Shown here: positions 34,443 through 46,098 of the stretch, in pieces
Position numbering within the stretch: the first letter of the stretch is position 1
Layout: each line of letters opens with the position of its first letter
Source: Octopus bimaculoides
Lineage: Eukaryota
Length of the DNA stretch: 46,098 nucleotides
Reading direction: 5' to 3'
NCBI RefSeq assembly: GCF_001194135.2
Contig: NC_068986.1
Coordinates: forward strand, 5,459,344-5,505,441
Translations under genes and position numbers: made by a program
The notes under the pieces: generated by a model
Database searches by the model: none
Told to the model about the DNA's origin: nothing
Seen by the model: only the letters and a program-made list of their open reading frames with translations

Positions 34443-35289
34443 TAGATAAATAAAGAGTCTGACCTGAGACCAAGTACTGTAATTACCTACTCAAAATCAT
34501 ATAAATCAATCCAAAAAAAAAAAAATCAATTCATGTTTATATACATCATCATTCAATGTCTGTTTTCCATGCTGGCATGGGTGGAACAGTTTGACAGGAG
34601 ATTTCAAGCTGGAGAGCTGCACCAGGCTTTAATTGTCTGTTTTGGCATGGTTTCTACAGCTGAACACCCTTCCTAATGCCAACCACTTTAGAGAGTGTAC
34701 TGGGTGTTTTGTTTATGTAGCACTGGCACCAGTAGGGTTGCCAAATAATTTTCAAGACAAGATCTCTTAGGGTGAGAGAGGGAGTGGAATCGAGGGAAGT
34801 GGCTGCATGCTAGGCAAGAAGTTAAAGTATGATAGCTGTCTTACTATAGAGAAAATACTTGGCTACCCAAGTATGACAAGGAAGAAAGTTAAAAAGGAAG
34901 ACAGACAATCAGAGTGTGAGAGAGAGAGAGAGAGAGAGAAATAGAGCGTGCTGGAGATGTATTGGGGCCTACCTACAGTGAACAGGTATAAGTAGTACAG
35001 AGGGGATAGAGGGAGATGTTCCATAAGTGTGTGAGGAGCTGTTTAGAGATGGAGGAAGACATGACTCTAGCAAGTGAGGGTTAGGGAAATTGTTGTGGCT
35101 GGTGGGTGGTAGGAATGAGAAGGCATGGAGAGTGTGCAGACAAGCAAGGGAGAGATAGTGAAGGGTGGGTCCTGCAGCAGGTGTTGGGAAGAAGGGGGAG
35201 TTTTGACATTGGTCAGATGACTGTATGTGCGAGGTGGAGGGAAAAGACCATAAAGGACATGTATGTGGGGGGGGGGGTACCCGTGATTT

Positions 35290-36310
35290 CATTTAGTTTG
35301 ATGTGTCTTCTCAAGCACAGCAAATTGCCAGAAGTCTCAGTCACTTGTACTCTCCTCTGTGAGGCTCAACATCCATCCGAAGATCACATCTCACGTCTTC
35401 CTGGGTCTACTCCTTCCCCATCATTAGAGATTTGCACTTCTTTACACAGCTATTCTCGTCTAAATGCATCACATGACCACACCAGTGGAGTCTTCTCTCT
35501 TGTACACCACATCTGATGCCTCTTGTACCCAATTTTTCTTTTAAAACATTTACACTCCATTGTACATCCAGTAGAGCATGTTGGGTTCATTTCTTTGAAG
35601 CCTTCATATGTTCACTGCAGTCACAGCCCATGTTTCATTCATGTAGCCTGGTTGTTTGTTACAGGTATCAGACAATTTGTCTTTCACTTTGAAGGAGAAG
35701 CCCTTTATTACCAACAAAGATAGTAGTTCTCTGAAATTTGGCCAGCCCATTCTTATTCTAGCAACTACATTCTTAAAACATCTTCCTCTGCTGCTATTCA
35801 CCGAGAGAAGCTATCTACTACTTCTAAGGATCATTCTGGGCATTTGAGGATGTCTGTTTCCTGTACATTCTTAGTGTTTATTGTACCTGCACATTTTCCA
35901 CACACAAAAACCACTTTCTCTGTTAAGCTTCCTATGACACCACTGCACCTCTTACCATATCGAACAGGGCCTTCTCCCTGAAGAGATCAATGATTTGTCT
36001 GTTTTCCTGCTAACTAGGACTTTGGCCTTTGCTAAATTAGCTCTAAGGCCTTTGGATTTCAGATCTTGCTTCCACACCTGAAATTTCTTTAGTTCTAGTA
36101 GTGATTCAGCTATAAGAACAAAGTCATCAGAGTAAAGAAGCCCTCAAGAGCAGTTTTAAATTTCTCTATGTTCTGGATTACTAGGATAAACAAGATGGGG
36201 CTGAGAACCAATCCTTGGTGAACTCTCGTCTGTACAGTAAATTTGTTGTTATAGTCATAGCTAACTTACACCTTACTGACAGCATCCCTGTACATGGCTT
36301 TTATAGCTCT
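35290..36310 (-). mobile_element. Degenerate RTE-clade LINE (RT core to C-terminus)
   Basis: Minus strand VHQGLVLSPILFI (36150-36225), VARIRMGWPNFRELLSLLVIKGFSFKVKDKL (ORF 35604-35801), and an RPRKTW-like C-terminus near 35400. Confidence 0.85.
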
Positions 36311-36789
36311 TGCCAACTATTCATCTATCCCCAGCTTCTACATTGATCATCAGATAAGGGAGTGGGGTGTCTGTCATGTTGATAAAAACCAAATACAGCA
36401 GTTTATTTTTAGATAAATGCTTTTCCTGAAGTTGCATTATCAGGAAGATGACATCAGTAGTGCTTCTCCCTGGCACAAAACCAAACTGCATCTCATCTAG
36501 GCCAGCTCTCTTCCTAATTAGTTGAACTATGACCCACTGTAACTTTCATCACCTGCTCCAGCAATTTGATGCTTCTAATTGTTTCTATCTAAACTAGTGT
36601 ATGTGTGTGTGTGTGATAGGCTTCTTTCAATTTCCGTTTAGCAAATTCACTCACAAGGCTTGGGTCAGTCCAAGGTGTTATACAATGAGACTGAATTCAA
36701 TAAATTTAGTATTTCAGGCTAATAAAATATTAATTTATACAATAATCCTATTTTGGGACACGAGAGTACTTCGTCCCCAACGATAGAAA

Positions 36790-37145
36790 CTCTTTCCAAT
36801 CCTAAGGTGAGACCTATAATGGTATACTGCTTAAACATCCAGACATCTAAAACCACATCCCCATGAAAGGTCACCCAACTGAATGACAACACACTCCAGC
36901 TTTCTCCTTTTGGCTTTTTCTACTGCTACTACAATGGCCTTTGTCCCTCAAAGCTTTTGGTCTCATGACACCTCTACTCGGACATTCCTGACCAACGTAT
37001 ATAGTGTGTTATTCCCTTGAGTCCTGCACTAACCAGTATATCCCTAAATATTACCCCACTGGAATTCCCTCTCGGTCTATGTTTTTCCATCAGCTGTCTA
37101 AATGCAACTATTCAGAGGAACATTACTAACGTTGATCTCACGAAG
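36790..37145 (+). mobile_element. 3' fragment of a CR1/L2-like LINE
   Basis: Hand translations PKVRPIMVYCLNI (from 36801) and YYNGLCPSKL (36927-36956) resemble LINE RT C-terminal motifs (K..VRP.MEYCS.IW; YYNGLCS.EL). Confidence 0.6.
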
Positions 37146-37182
37146 CCCCAGAATACAGCAAGCAACAACAATATATAAGTGC

Positions 37183-37185
<3 letters not shown>

Positions 37186-37240
<55 letters not shown>
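37186..37240. repeat. (TA)n microsatellite
   Basis: Direct reading. Confidence 0.95.
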
Positions 37241-37243
<3 letters not shown>

Positions 37244-40200
37244 GAAACTACTAAAATTAGTAAAAACCTTATAGATCATCTGTATTGCTATTTCAAATCA
37301 TAGTTTTTCGATATCAGTCATTAATTCCTAAGACATGGAAAAATTACTGAAAGGACCCATACTTAAAAAACAAAAACAAGTCCATTAAATATAACCTTCA
37401 TCTTATTCTTTGATACTTTTTAAAAGTCACTGGAAAATAAAATAAACAAAATGAAAGCGAATTCAAATGCAACACTATATATAATGAATGAACTAATTTT
37501 ATACTCCAGCCGGGGAATTTATAGTACATGGGTATGGGAAGAAACCATGAGGTGAAGAAAAAGGACCATCACGGGTTTCTCAATCGAGAATAATCTGACA
37601 ACCATGTGATAAAGTAAGTGAAAGCTAACCATATGTAAGAGTTAGTCCTGTATACACTGGACACAACAGAATTTTTACTTTCTTGCACTTTTTTCTTTGT
37701 ATGAATGACTACATTGGAACATGCTTTCGAACACTAGATGTTTTACCTACTTTTAGTAAAGGGATACTTCAGAAATACACCCGTGTATTCACTACCCAAC
37801 ATATGTTTTATCGTTTACACAGCACCGGTTACACCGGTCTGTTAGAAGTTCAATTGATTGTGTTATGTCGGAATACTTACACTGCGTCCAGCATTTCAAA
37901 TTCCAGCCAAAAATCTTTTATTAATATGAGATCCAGAGCTGTTGACTGATTCCATCCGCATTAAAGTGGTATTTATGATTATTTCATCATTAATCCTTTC
38001 CTTTTTCTAAAAGTATAAGCATTAACAAGATTTTTTTTTAATTCATCAAATGTAATTATTTTTCTTGTATCAATTATTTTTTTCTTTATCTTTCTTTAAA
38101 AATAATTTTTGAAATTTTAAGATTCTAGATTTATATTCTGGTGAATTATACTTCATTAGTAAACGAATAAATATGTCTTATGAGTGACATTATAAATCAG
38201 CCGAAACTATTCTGGTGTTTACTGTTAATCGGCTTTAGTTAACCTCCCTATCCTCCTGTTTTGTCCACGGATAAATAGTTGTCAGTTACATTTGTTATCT
38301 CTTTACAGCGACATTGTTTATTGCTAATCGATGTTCTCTTTTGTTTCTTACCTTTGTCTGCTGTAATCAGTAGAATCTCTAATTTGAAATTCAATTAACT
38401 TTCTTGCATTCTCTTCCTCTCTCTCTCTCTCTCCTATTATGCCTACAGTGATAAATGGATATATTGTATAGTGCATATGTCGGAACCTATATATACACAC
38501 ACACACACGTTTCTATGTAGGTGTGTATAATAAACTATGAAACTATAGTATTCGCATTTGATCCATGATAAAAAAAAAAATCGCTCTCAATCTGATGTAA
38601 GATTTGTTTACCACTAAAGACTTGTTGAGAAAGATCAATTATAGTACTTATCTCTACTAAATCCTTCATGCAGCTTATTTGAGAAACGTGATTTAAAATA
38701 CGCTAGTGTATTTTTTTAAATTTTGTGTATTTATTGATCATTATTATTACTCTATTTTATTTCTGCTATTTCTGTAGCTTGGATTACTGTCCCAGAAGAA
38801 TTTCTGTTAAAGAAACTGTAAATTCAACTATATTTCTTACATGTGAGCATCGTTAATTTTTTTTCATCATTGCTTTTTATATATTTTTAATGGTTTCGTA
38901 ATTTTAATTTTATTGAATGATATTAATTTCAATAGAGCTTTTCAAGAAATTACGATAAAATATAAACTTGTATCAAATAGAAAAATTAAACATCACTTCC
39001 AATTGGAGATGGTGTCAAAATAACATCCCTCCCTTCTCTTATTATTATCTTTAATGTTCATAACTTCCCTTGGTCATTGCACTTGTCTTTGGCTAGCGTT
39101 TAAGTATCCCGGAAAAGGCGAAAGCATTACAACATCTTTCCGTTAAATTTGAAACCTTGTCCGCTTAAGTAAGAAATTATTTTTACTTAAGCATCCTGGA
39201 TTGGGAGTTTCAAGATATCGCTTAAGTGAAATCTAGACATCTCTTTTATAACCACCACTTTATCCTCGTGAGAGTTAGCGACTGTTTGAGAAACTGCTTG
39301 GAAAGAATTTTTCTTCCCTTACACGCACGACCCGGAAGACTGTTGTAACTTCCTATACACATACAACGGGCTTTGGGATGCTGGTGGATATGAACTAAAT
39401 GTTTAGTGTCCTGTTATAAAGTATCCGTTCACCTTTCTTGGTTATTACACGTAATAAATCAGAGTAATAAAAAGACATTTGAATGACATAATTATTCCAA
39501 AGAAGTACTCGATTATCTGTTCTAAATTATGTCATTAACTCCGAAGCTTGTTTTTAATCTTGAGAACTATATCAGTAAAGATTCTTAAAAATCTAAATGA
39601 GAAAAATGTTTCTAGGATTTAAATCTCTGTACTACAACATACAAATAATCTACCATATCATTGTTTAATATCGTTTGTAATAGACGTATATATATAGACA
39701 CATACGATGTTGAGCTAGAAATAGTAGCTAAATCCGTATGCGGGTCGTTTGATGTGCGAGAAATAGTCGCCAAATGTCAAATTATTCTGTCGTTTAACAA
39801 AAGAAGAACACCTTGAGCTAGGCAGTCCTTTGTACACCATACTTAAAACGACGGAATGGTCACCACTGGAACGACTTTCTCGGTTTTTCGATTAGGGCTG
39901 ACCTGGATAATAGCATACACATACACACCATTTTGATCTCATTTCTGTGCATAAATGTGTTTGTGTATGTACATGCTATATTTTGTGTGTGTGTGTGTGT
40001 GTCATCGTCTTGTGTCAGCTTCTCCTTGCTGGCATGGTTGAGGCAGATCATCTCAATTCAATTCTTATTTGGTGTTACTAACATCCTGTATGAGTCGGGA
40101 GCCATAACTCACTATTGTATATCCAATGTGATGCATGTGTTAAAATGGAGGTAGTGACAGAGGGTGGGATATATCTTTGAACCTTTCACTTATCTGGTTC

Positions 40201-41184
40201 CTCGTATGTCTCCACCTGCTGCTCCTCTTGCCTATTCAGTAACCTTCTCTCTATTGTCCCTTCTACTATTCGCTGCACCATGCCACTCATTTGCCCTTCC
40301 TCTCTGTCAACAAGCATATGGCTGCCACAAGTATTTCTCTACCATTACAAGACCTTTGTTACAAGGAATTGCATTAGATTCATTTGTATCTGCTCCCCTC
40401 CCCATTTATCCAACCTATGCAGTCTGCTTTTATAACCCCTTCCACCCCACTTTCAGGTCACTGTTTCTATTGCCATCTCTTGGGGACATCCACCAGTCAT
40501 GTTCTATTTTAGCAACTAACATTACTTTTCTATATCACTACTTGCCATTCCCTCTTCTCCACGTCACTCATTTATGACAGCCATCACACTTCCTTTTCAC
40601 TGACCATTTTTTCAGCCACCTATCACTTTACCCTCTCTCTTCTACCTGTAAACATGTGACTGTCATTACTGTCTCTACACAGTGCTTTCTTTTACTGCCT
40701 TTCTTCATTATTCCTCTCTCTTTCTCTCTTCCATTTCTTCCTCTTCTACACTATCATCTCAATAACTTGGTTTCTCCTTTCATGTTCCCTTTTCACTCTC
40801 CTTCTCACTCTAGTTCATCTTCTGCAATCACCTTCACTTTAGTCACATCCTGACTGATTGAAGACAATGTAAAAAAGTGAGTACTTCCTTTGTCTTACCT
40901 GTTGAGGTAACCTCTCTTGTGCTGGTGCCACAATAAAATGTAAAATAAAATGGATTCTATAAAGTGGTTGACAGACAAGTAGGGACATCATAGAGTTAAG
41001 GGGACTCTTTTGCTTTGGCCTGTCTAAGACAGTGTAACCTCTAAAATGCATCCAATGCATCTTGCAAAGTAGTTGATGACAGAAAGCAGGGACCAAGCTA
41101 AAATGAAACAATGAACTACTCCAACCCATCCCTGGATGGAAAACAATGTAAATTGGTAATGATAATGATGTGTGTGTATAGGCA

Positions 41185-41590
41185 CAAGCATGGCTGTGTG
41201 GTTAAAAAGTTTGCTTCCCAACCACTTGGTTTTGAGTGCCACTGCTTGTTATCTTGGGCAAGTATCTTCTATAACTGCAGGCTTTGGTCAGTCCAGAACA
41301 ATAACAGAGATGTGAGTGGGTTTGGTAGATGGAAAGTGAAATAGGTGTGTATGTGAGTATACATGTATGTGTGTGTGTGTTCTTGTTTTATTTTGACATC
41401 ATAGGATAGTTATGAATGAACAAGTAGAGACTAATTTCCAGTCTTCCATGAAAACTTGCCTGGCCATGGGGAAATATTTCCTTGCTTGAAAACAGGTGTG
41501 GTGGTAACAGGAAGGACATCAGTTGTAGAAAATCTCCCATTGACTTCCATGACCCATGCAAGCATGGAAAAGTGGATGTTAAAACAATAC
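41185..41590 (+). mobile_element. Two adjacent degenerate SINE remnants (tRNA-head family, then RTE-tail-like family)
   Basis: GCATGGCTGTGTGGTTAAAAAGTTTGCTTCCCAACCAC; GGTAACAGGAAGGACATC...GACCCATGCAAGCATGGAAAAGTGGATGTTAAA. Confidence 0.65.
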
Positions 41591-44429
41591 TGCCCCTGCT
41601 GACACACACACTCACACATTGTCTTGCTTTGGGCCCTCAACTCTTGATGGGTTTGCATGGCTTACTATAAATAGCAGTCAAATCTCCCTCACATCACTCT
41701 TCTGTCTTGGAAAAGGGAAGTATACATCTAATAAGACAGAATGGTGTTGGCTGGAACCCCTTTAATTATGGACTTATAATTAAATGATCTGGAGTTAAAC
41801 AACGATAACACTGGGTATTGTGTCAATTGGAGAAATACATGTTAGACTGAGGGAGACTTATCAATCAGTAGATCAATGTTTAGAATATCAGATCAGTTTT
41901 CTTGAGATGCAGGGAGAAATGCTATTCTGTTACTGTGTGGCTACTTGTTCTCTGTAACACTGAAAGAAATCAAAAGCTTTGAAGTGTCACTCTAAGAGTA
42001 TGATGTGTGAGGAACTGAGTGGGATAGAAAGTCGACTTTTTGACTTACACAATATTTTAATCATTTAGAAATATTTTTTAATGAATATGATTTCAAAATG
42101 TAAGTTGTTTGTACAGTAAGTATCTATGTATTAACTGTCTTTAACTGAGTTCAAATCTGCTGAGGTTGACTTTGCTTTTCATCTTTTCAAGGTTAATAAG
42201 TACCAGTCAAGCACTGGGCGTCAATGTAATTGTTGAGTCCCCTTCCCTCAAAATTTCAAGTCTTGTGCCTGTAGTAGAGAGAATATCACAATATACTATG
42301 ATCATTGATCTATATCTTGCTGGTGTCTCTTGAAATAGATGGTAAGAATTGCACAGAATATTTTGTAACTGGAGTAAATTCAATCAAAGTTGATCTGGGG
42401 TTAAATAACAAGCACATCGTGCATGAAATACTTTGTCATACATATTGTATCTCTCATACCATCAACAACATATAGTGCACTAAACACTTTCCCTGATCAT
42501 GTCTCCCAGAACTACAACCACCACATGGAATCCCCTCCCCAAAGCTAGAAATCTCTGGAAATTTTGTGTATTTTTTGCATTAGGGTTCATGATTAGTGGA
42601 GTGGTTGAATGTATTGATTTGGATTCTTGCTGTGATTTGGAGAGTGGGATGTGTGGATTAATGATAGAGATATCGAGCATCACTCATTCTAACCATCAAC
42701 CGCTTTCACTCATTTTACTTTCCCTACACTCAAGCAACCTTTACTCACCCTTTCTGATTCTTCTGACACCACTCTTTTGTTCATCTTCTCAGACATGTTA
42801 CTTTAAAGGTGCTATCACATCATAGAATTAGACTTTTCTGTTATATTTTCTCTAATGAACTGGAATACCTATGATTCGAATTTCATCAAAATTGCAGATG
42901 AGGGTTCTTTCCCTCTTTACACACCCTAAAAAGATTCTAATCATGACACATGTATCCCATACCACTGATCTTTATGCACAGAATCCAAAATTCCAGTCTT
43001 ATGGAACCTGTTAAAAGGATTTTGCTCCTGAAAAATGGATGTCATGGAGCTCTAAAATGTGGGACTTAAGGCCCCTATTGGGGGTGGGTGTCTTAATGTC
43101 AACCAGAGAAGTTGAATTGTTGAGAATCTTTTTAACATGGGTCTTATATGTATTGTTCGAATTTCTTTGAAATAGGAAATATATGTATGTTCACTGGGTT
43201 TGTAAAAGAGAGCAAAGCGAGAGGAAACCAAAAGACAAATGATCACAATAAACAGTCAGCTACCCTACCCTAGTCGTTACTACTCCCCAATGTAGGATTC
43301 CTCACTATACAGGTGACAGGCACAGCCGTAAGATGCATTACAGGTCTATAGCAATTGGAAGGGCATGATCCAACTGAAATAAACATTAACAACTCTGTGA
43401 CGTGAGGGCTAAGGGCAAATGAAAGTGTCACCTCTGGAGTTTGCCAATGATCACTATGCCGATAGGTAACTGGACAGAATAAATTTGCAATCTATAAATC
43501 TCTTTGAATGACCATTCACTTATCTGGAAAGGTCTTGAAATGTTACCATCTGGGGACTATCTCTGATCCAGTGATAATAAAAAGACTCAAAAGAGGTCTG
43601 CAACCAAATAACATTCTTCAAAATAACACTTTGCAACTGAATCAGTGGAGGCAAAGATACCTCACCTTTACTTGTCAATTTATGCACCACATTGCAGAAA
43701 TCACAATCTAAGTATATCTCAAAGCAAATTCTTACACTGTTGTACCATTGAATTACAAATAATGCTCATCTTTTATGCTCGGGTGACCCGACAGCTTCCA
43801 AGAGTACAACTGTATTCGTCTATGCTTAGATAAAATATCAGATATAGTGATATGTATCCTGAACAAAAATTATCCAATGTCATTGTCAACTCTGCTGTAT
43901 TTCAGCTAGCATGTTCATGCTTTTATGCTAGCACATGTGTTCGTGTGTGTGTATTGACTTGTCCTCTGCTCCGCTCAAGAAGAGTCTAGAGCTGGTGTCA
44001 CAGTAAAATGCACACAGTATTCTTTATAAAGTGGTTAGAAAATGAATGGAAATAATGCAGGAATATAGGACTGTTTGCTCTAACAGAGAACATGATACCT
44101 TCTCTACTACTGGTGTTGATACTATGCCAAAAAGGAATGTATGAGAGAGATTTGATCTTCTAATCTGTTTAGGAGAACTGTAACTCCAAATAAGAATTTT
44201 TAGGATATATGTGTGTGTGTGTATACATACACACATATATATATAGTAATAAGTCTAACCTCTGCCCTCTATTCATATAAACAATAAATGTATATAGACG
44301 AGTCAAAGAGGAACCTCTATGTTGTCATTGTACCTGCTAGAAATAGCTGTCAAATCTCCTTTATATTATACCCGACCATCCTAAAAACTGTAAGAACATT
44401 ATGTAATGTAGTCTTAGACACACTGTCAT

Positions 44430-44915
44430 TATCATCATCACCTTCGTTATTTTAGCTGACTATGTTCCATGCTTGCATGGGTTGGAAAGAGTTTATTTTG
44501 GCAAATTTTCTCCGTCAGATCCCTTCCTATTACCAACTCTCACCTGTTTCCCAAGAAAGGTAATGTTTTCTAAAGGCCACACATGTTTCCACAGAATTTA
44601 AGAAATGAATGACACTGTTTATATAATGGTGACACTCATTTACAACTACCATGTGCTGTCAAGACAAGGTGACACAAATATACACACTTACAAACACACA
44701 AGCACACATGTATATTACACACAAATGGGCTTCTTTTCAGTTTCTGTCTACTAAATTCACTCACAAAACTTTGGCTGACCTGGGGCTATAGTAAAAGACA
44801 CTCTCCCAAAGTGCCACACAGTGAACCCTAAACCATGTTGCGGGAAGCAAACTTCTAAACCACATAGTCATGGCTGTCATCATCATCATCATCATCGTTT
44901 AACGTCCGCTTTCCG
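44430..44915 (-). mobile_element. Stack of degenerate SINEs with a short young RTE-tail insertion at 44877-44915
   Basis: TTCCATGCTTGCATGGGTTGG; AAATTCACTCACAAAACTTTGG; (CAT)nCGTTTAACGTCCGCTTTCC. Confidence 0.65.
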
Positions 44916-45309
44916 GCTGTATATAATGAAAAAGACAACAAAAAAGGTTGACTGCAATTGGAAATGGAGTTGACCTGGGGCCAAGCAACAACAGTGGTGT
45001 ACAAAGTCATATTCTGAACTTTAAAAAGATAGTTGCAGAATAATACTTTAACACTTTAGCATTTAAACTGACCATCTCCTGTTTGAGATATTCTACCTGT
45101 TTTATGTTGAAACAAGCCATATCCAGCCTCGAGCAGTTAATGTAATCATTAGACCGTACTTTTGGGGAATGAGAGGTGGATGGAATCCATTGTTCTTGTG
45201 TGATCACTGGTGATAATAGGAGGATCAGAGAGATTAGTTTATCAAAATTGGAAACAGCATGTTTCCCTAGATCACAATAAATCCTCATAAAACAAAAAAC
45301 TTAAAATCT

Positions 45310-45545
45310 CTCTATCTTTTAGATGTTTCAGCCAACTGACTGTGGCCATGCTGGGACACTGCCCTAAAGGGTTTTAGTCAAATGAATTGACGCCAGCACT
45401 TATCTTTTTAAGCCTAGCACTTATTGTATTGGTTCCTTTTGATGAACTGCTAAGTTAGGGGAACGTAAACATACCAACACCAGTTGTCAAATGGTGGGAG
45501 TGGACAAAAACAGACACAAACACGTAGGTATACACACACACACAT
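45310..45545 (-). mobile_element. tRNA-derived SINE 3' part (GCATGGCTGTGTGG family)
   Basis: GACTGTGGCCATGCTGGGACACTGCC...AACTGCTAAGTT...ACCAACACCAGTTGTCAA matches 29020-29200 and 33655-33835. Confidence 0.7.
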
Positions 45546-45552
45546 GTATATA

Positions 45553-45740
45553 CACTAATCCCTCAACTATTGCAGGTGTTATGTTCCAAAATCCCCTCCG
45601 ATAGGTGAAACTCTATGAAGTAGAAACAGTACTGTACTGTATATTTTTAAAAATTATTTTTATATATATTTTATTATAAATGCAAAACAACACCACGGAG
45701 GAATCGCCGTAAGCATTAATAATAAACTGCGATATGTACA
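45553..45740 (+). mobile_element. One end of a pogo/Tigger-like element
   Basis: TA|CACTAATCCCTCAACTATTGCAGGTGTTATGTTCCAAAATCCCCTCCGATAGGTGAAA resembles CpG-decayed Tigger-type termini (CAGTAATCCCTCG..TATCGCGG.GGTTACGTTCC); second terminus not found. Confidence 0.5.
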
Positions 45741-46098
45741 TATAGATGGCCACAGTCTAATGGCTGAAACAAGTAAGAGAATTAGAGAATATACCACGAC
45801 GTCTAAAAAACTTTTGAAAAAAACTTTTGAACTTTTCCACTTTTGTAAACCTCCTTTATCATCCTTTTTTACCTTACTTTCCTTCACCTACCGTCTCTTC
45901 GTACTCTGGATGTTCCTAATCTGTCTTCTCTAATCTGCACCTATTACTTTGTATTCTTCTCCCTCCCTTTCTTTTCTCCTCTCGTTTCTTCTCTCCCTGT
46001 CACCCCATTTCTCCCTATTGTCCCATCTTCCTTTTTGCTTTGTTTTTTTCTCCCACCTCGCATATATTTTCTTCTCACAACCCCTTTTTCGCTTTTTC

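Overview
AT-rich, repeat-dense eukaryotic DNA with five assembly gaps. The SINE, LINE and microsatellite make-up resembles a coleoid cephalopod such as Octopus (inference). The one host gene I can support is a + strand mitochondrial short-chain acyl-CoA dehydrogenase (ACADS/SCAD). Eleven coding exons (9740-25794) are firm: all have GT-AG boundaries and join in frame. A candidate first coding exon at 3098-3146 would give a 410-aa protein. Relative to the human exon layout as I recall it, two exons are split, one yielding a 36-nt micro-exon. The rest is a mix of mobile elements: several SINE families, RTE, CR1/L2-like, R4/Dong-like and HERO/NeSL-like LINE remnants, a Helitron derivative, Tc1, mariner, Tigger-like and TTAA-flanked MITEs, and Penelope-like element (PLE) pieces. 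The most interesting signals are RNA-structural. There are two hammerhead-ribozyme-like motifs (23203-23250, in the last ACADS intron and sense to the pre-mRNA; 31359-31419, in a PLE terminal repeat). A PLE fold-back junction starts next to the predicted self-cleavage site (11293-11364), and a ~230-bp near-palindrome lies just upstream of the last exon. Hammerheads in PLEs are a known class, so I do not claim a new system, only testable local instances.
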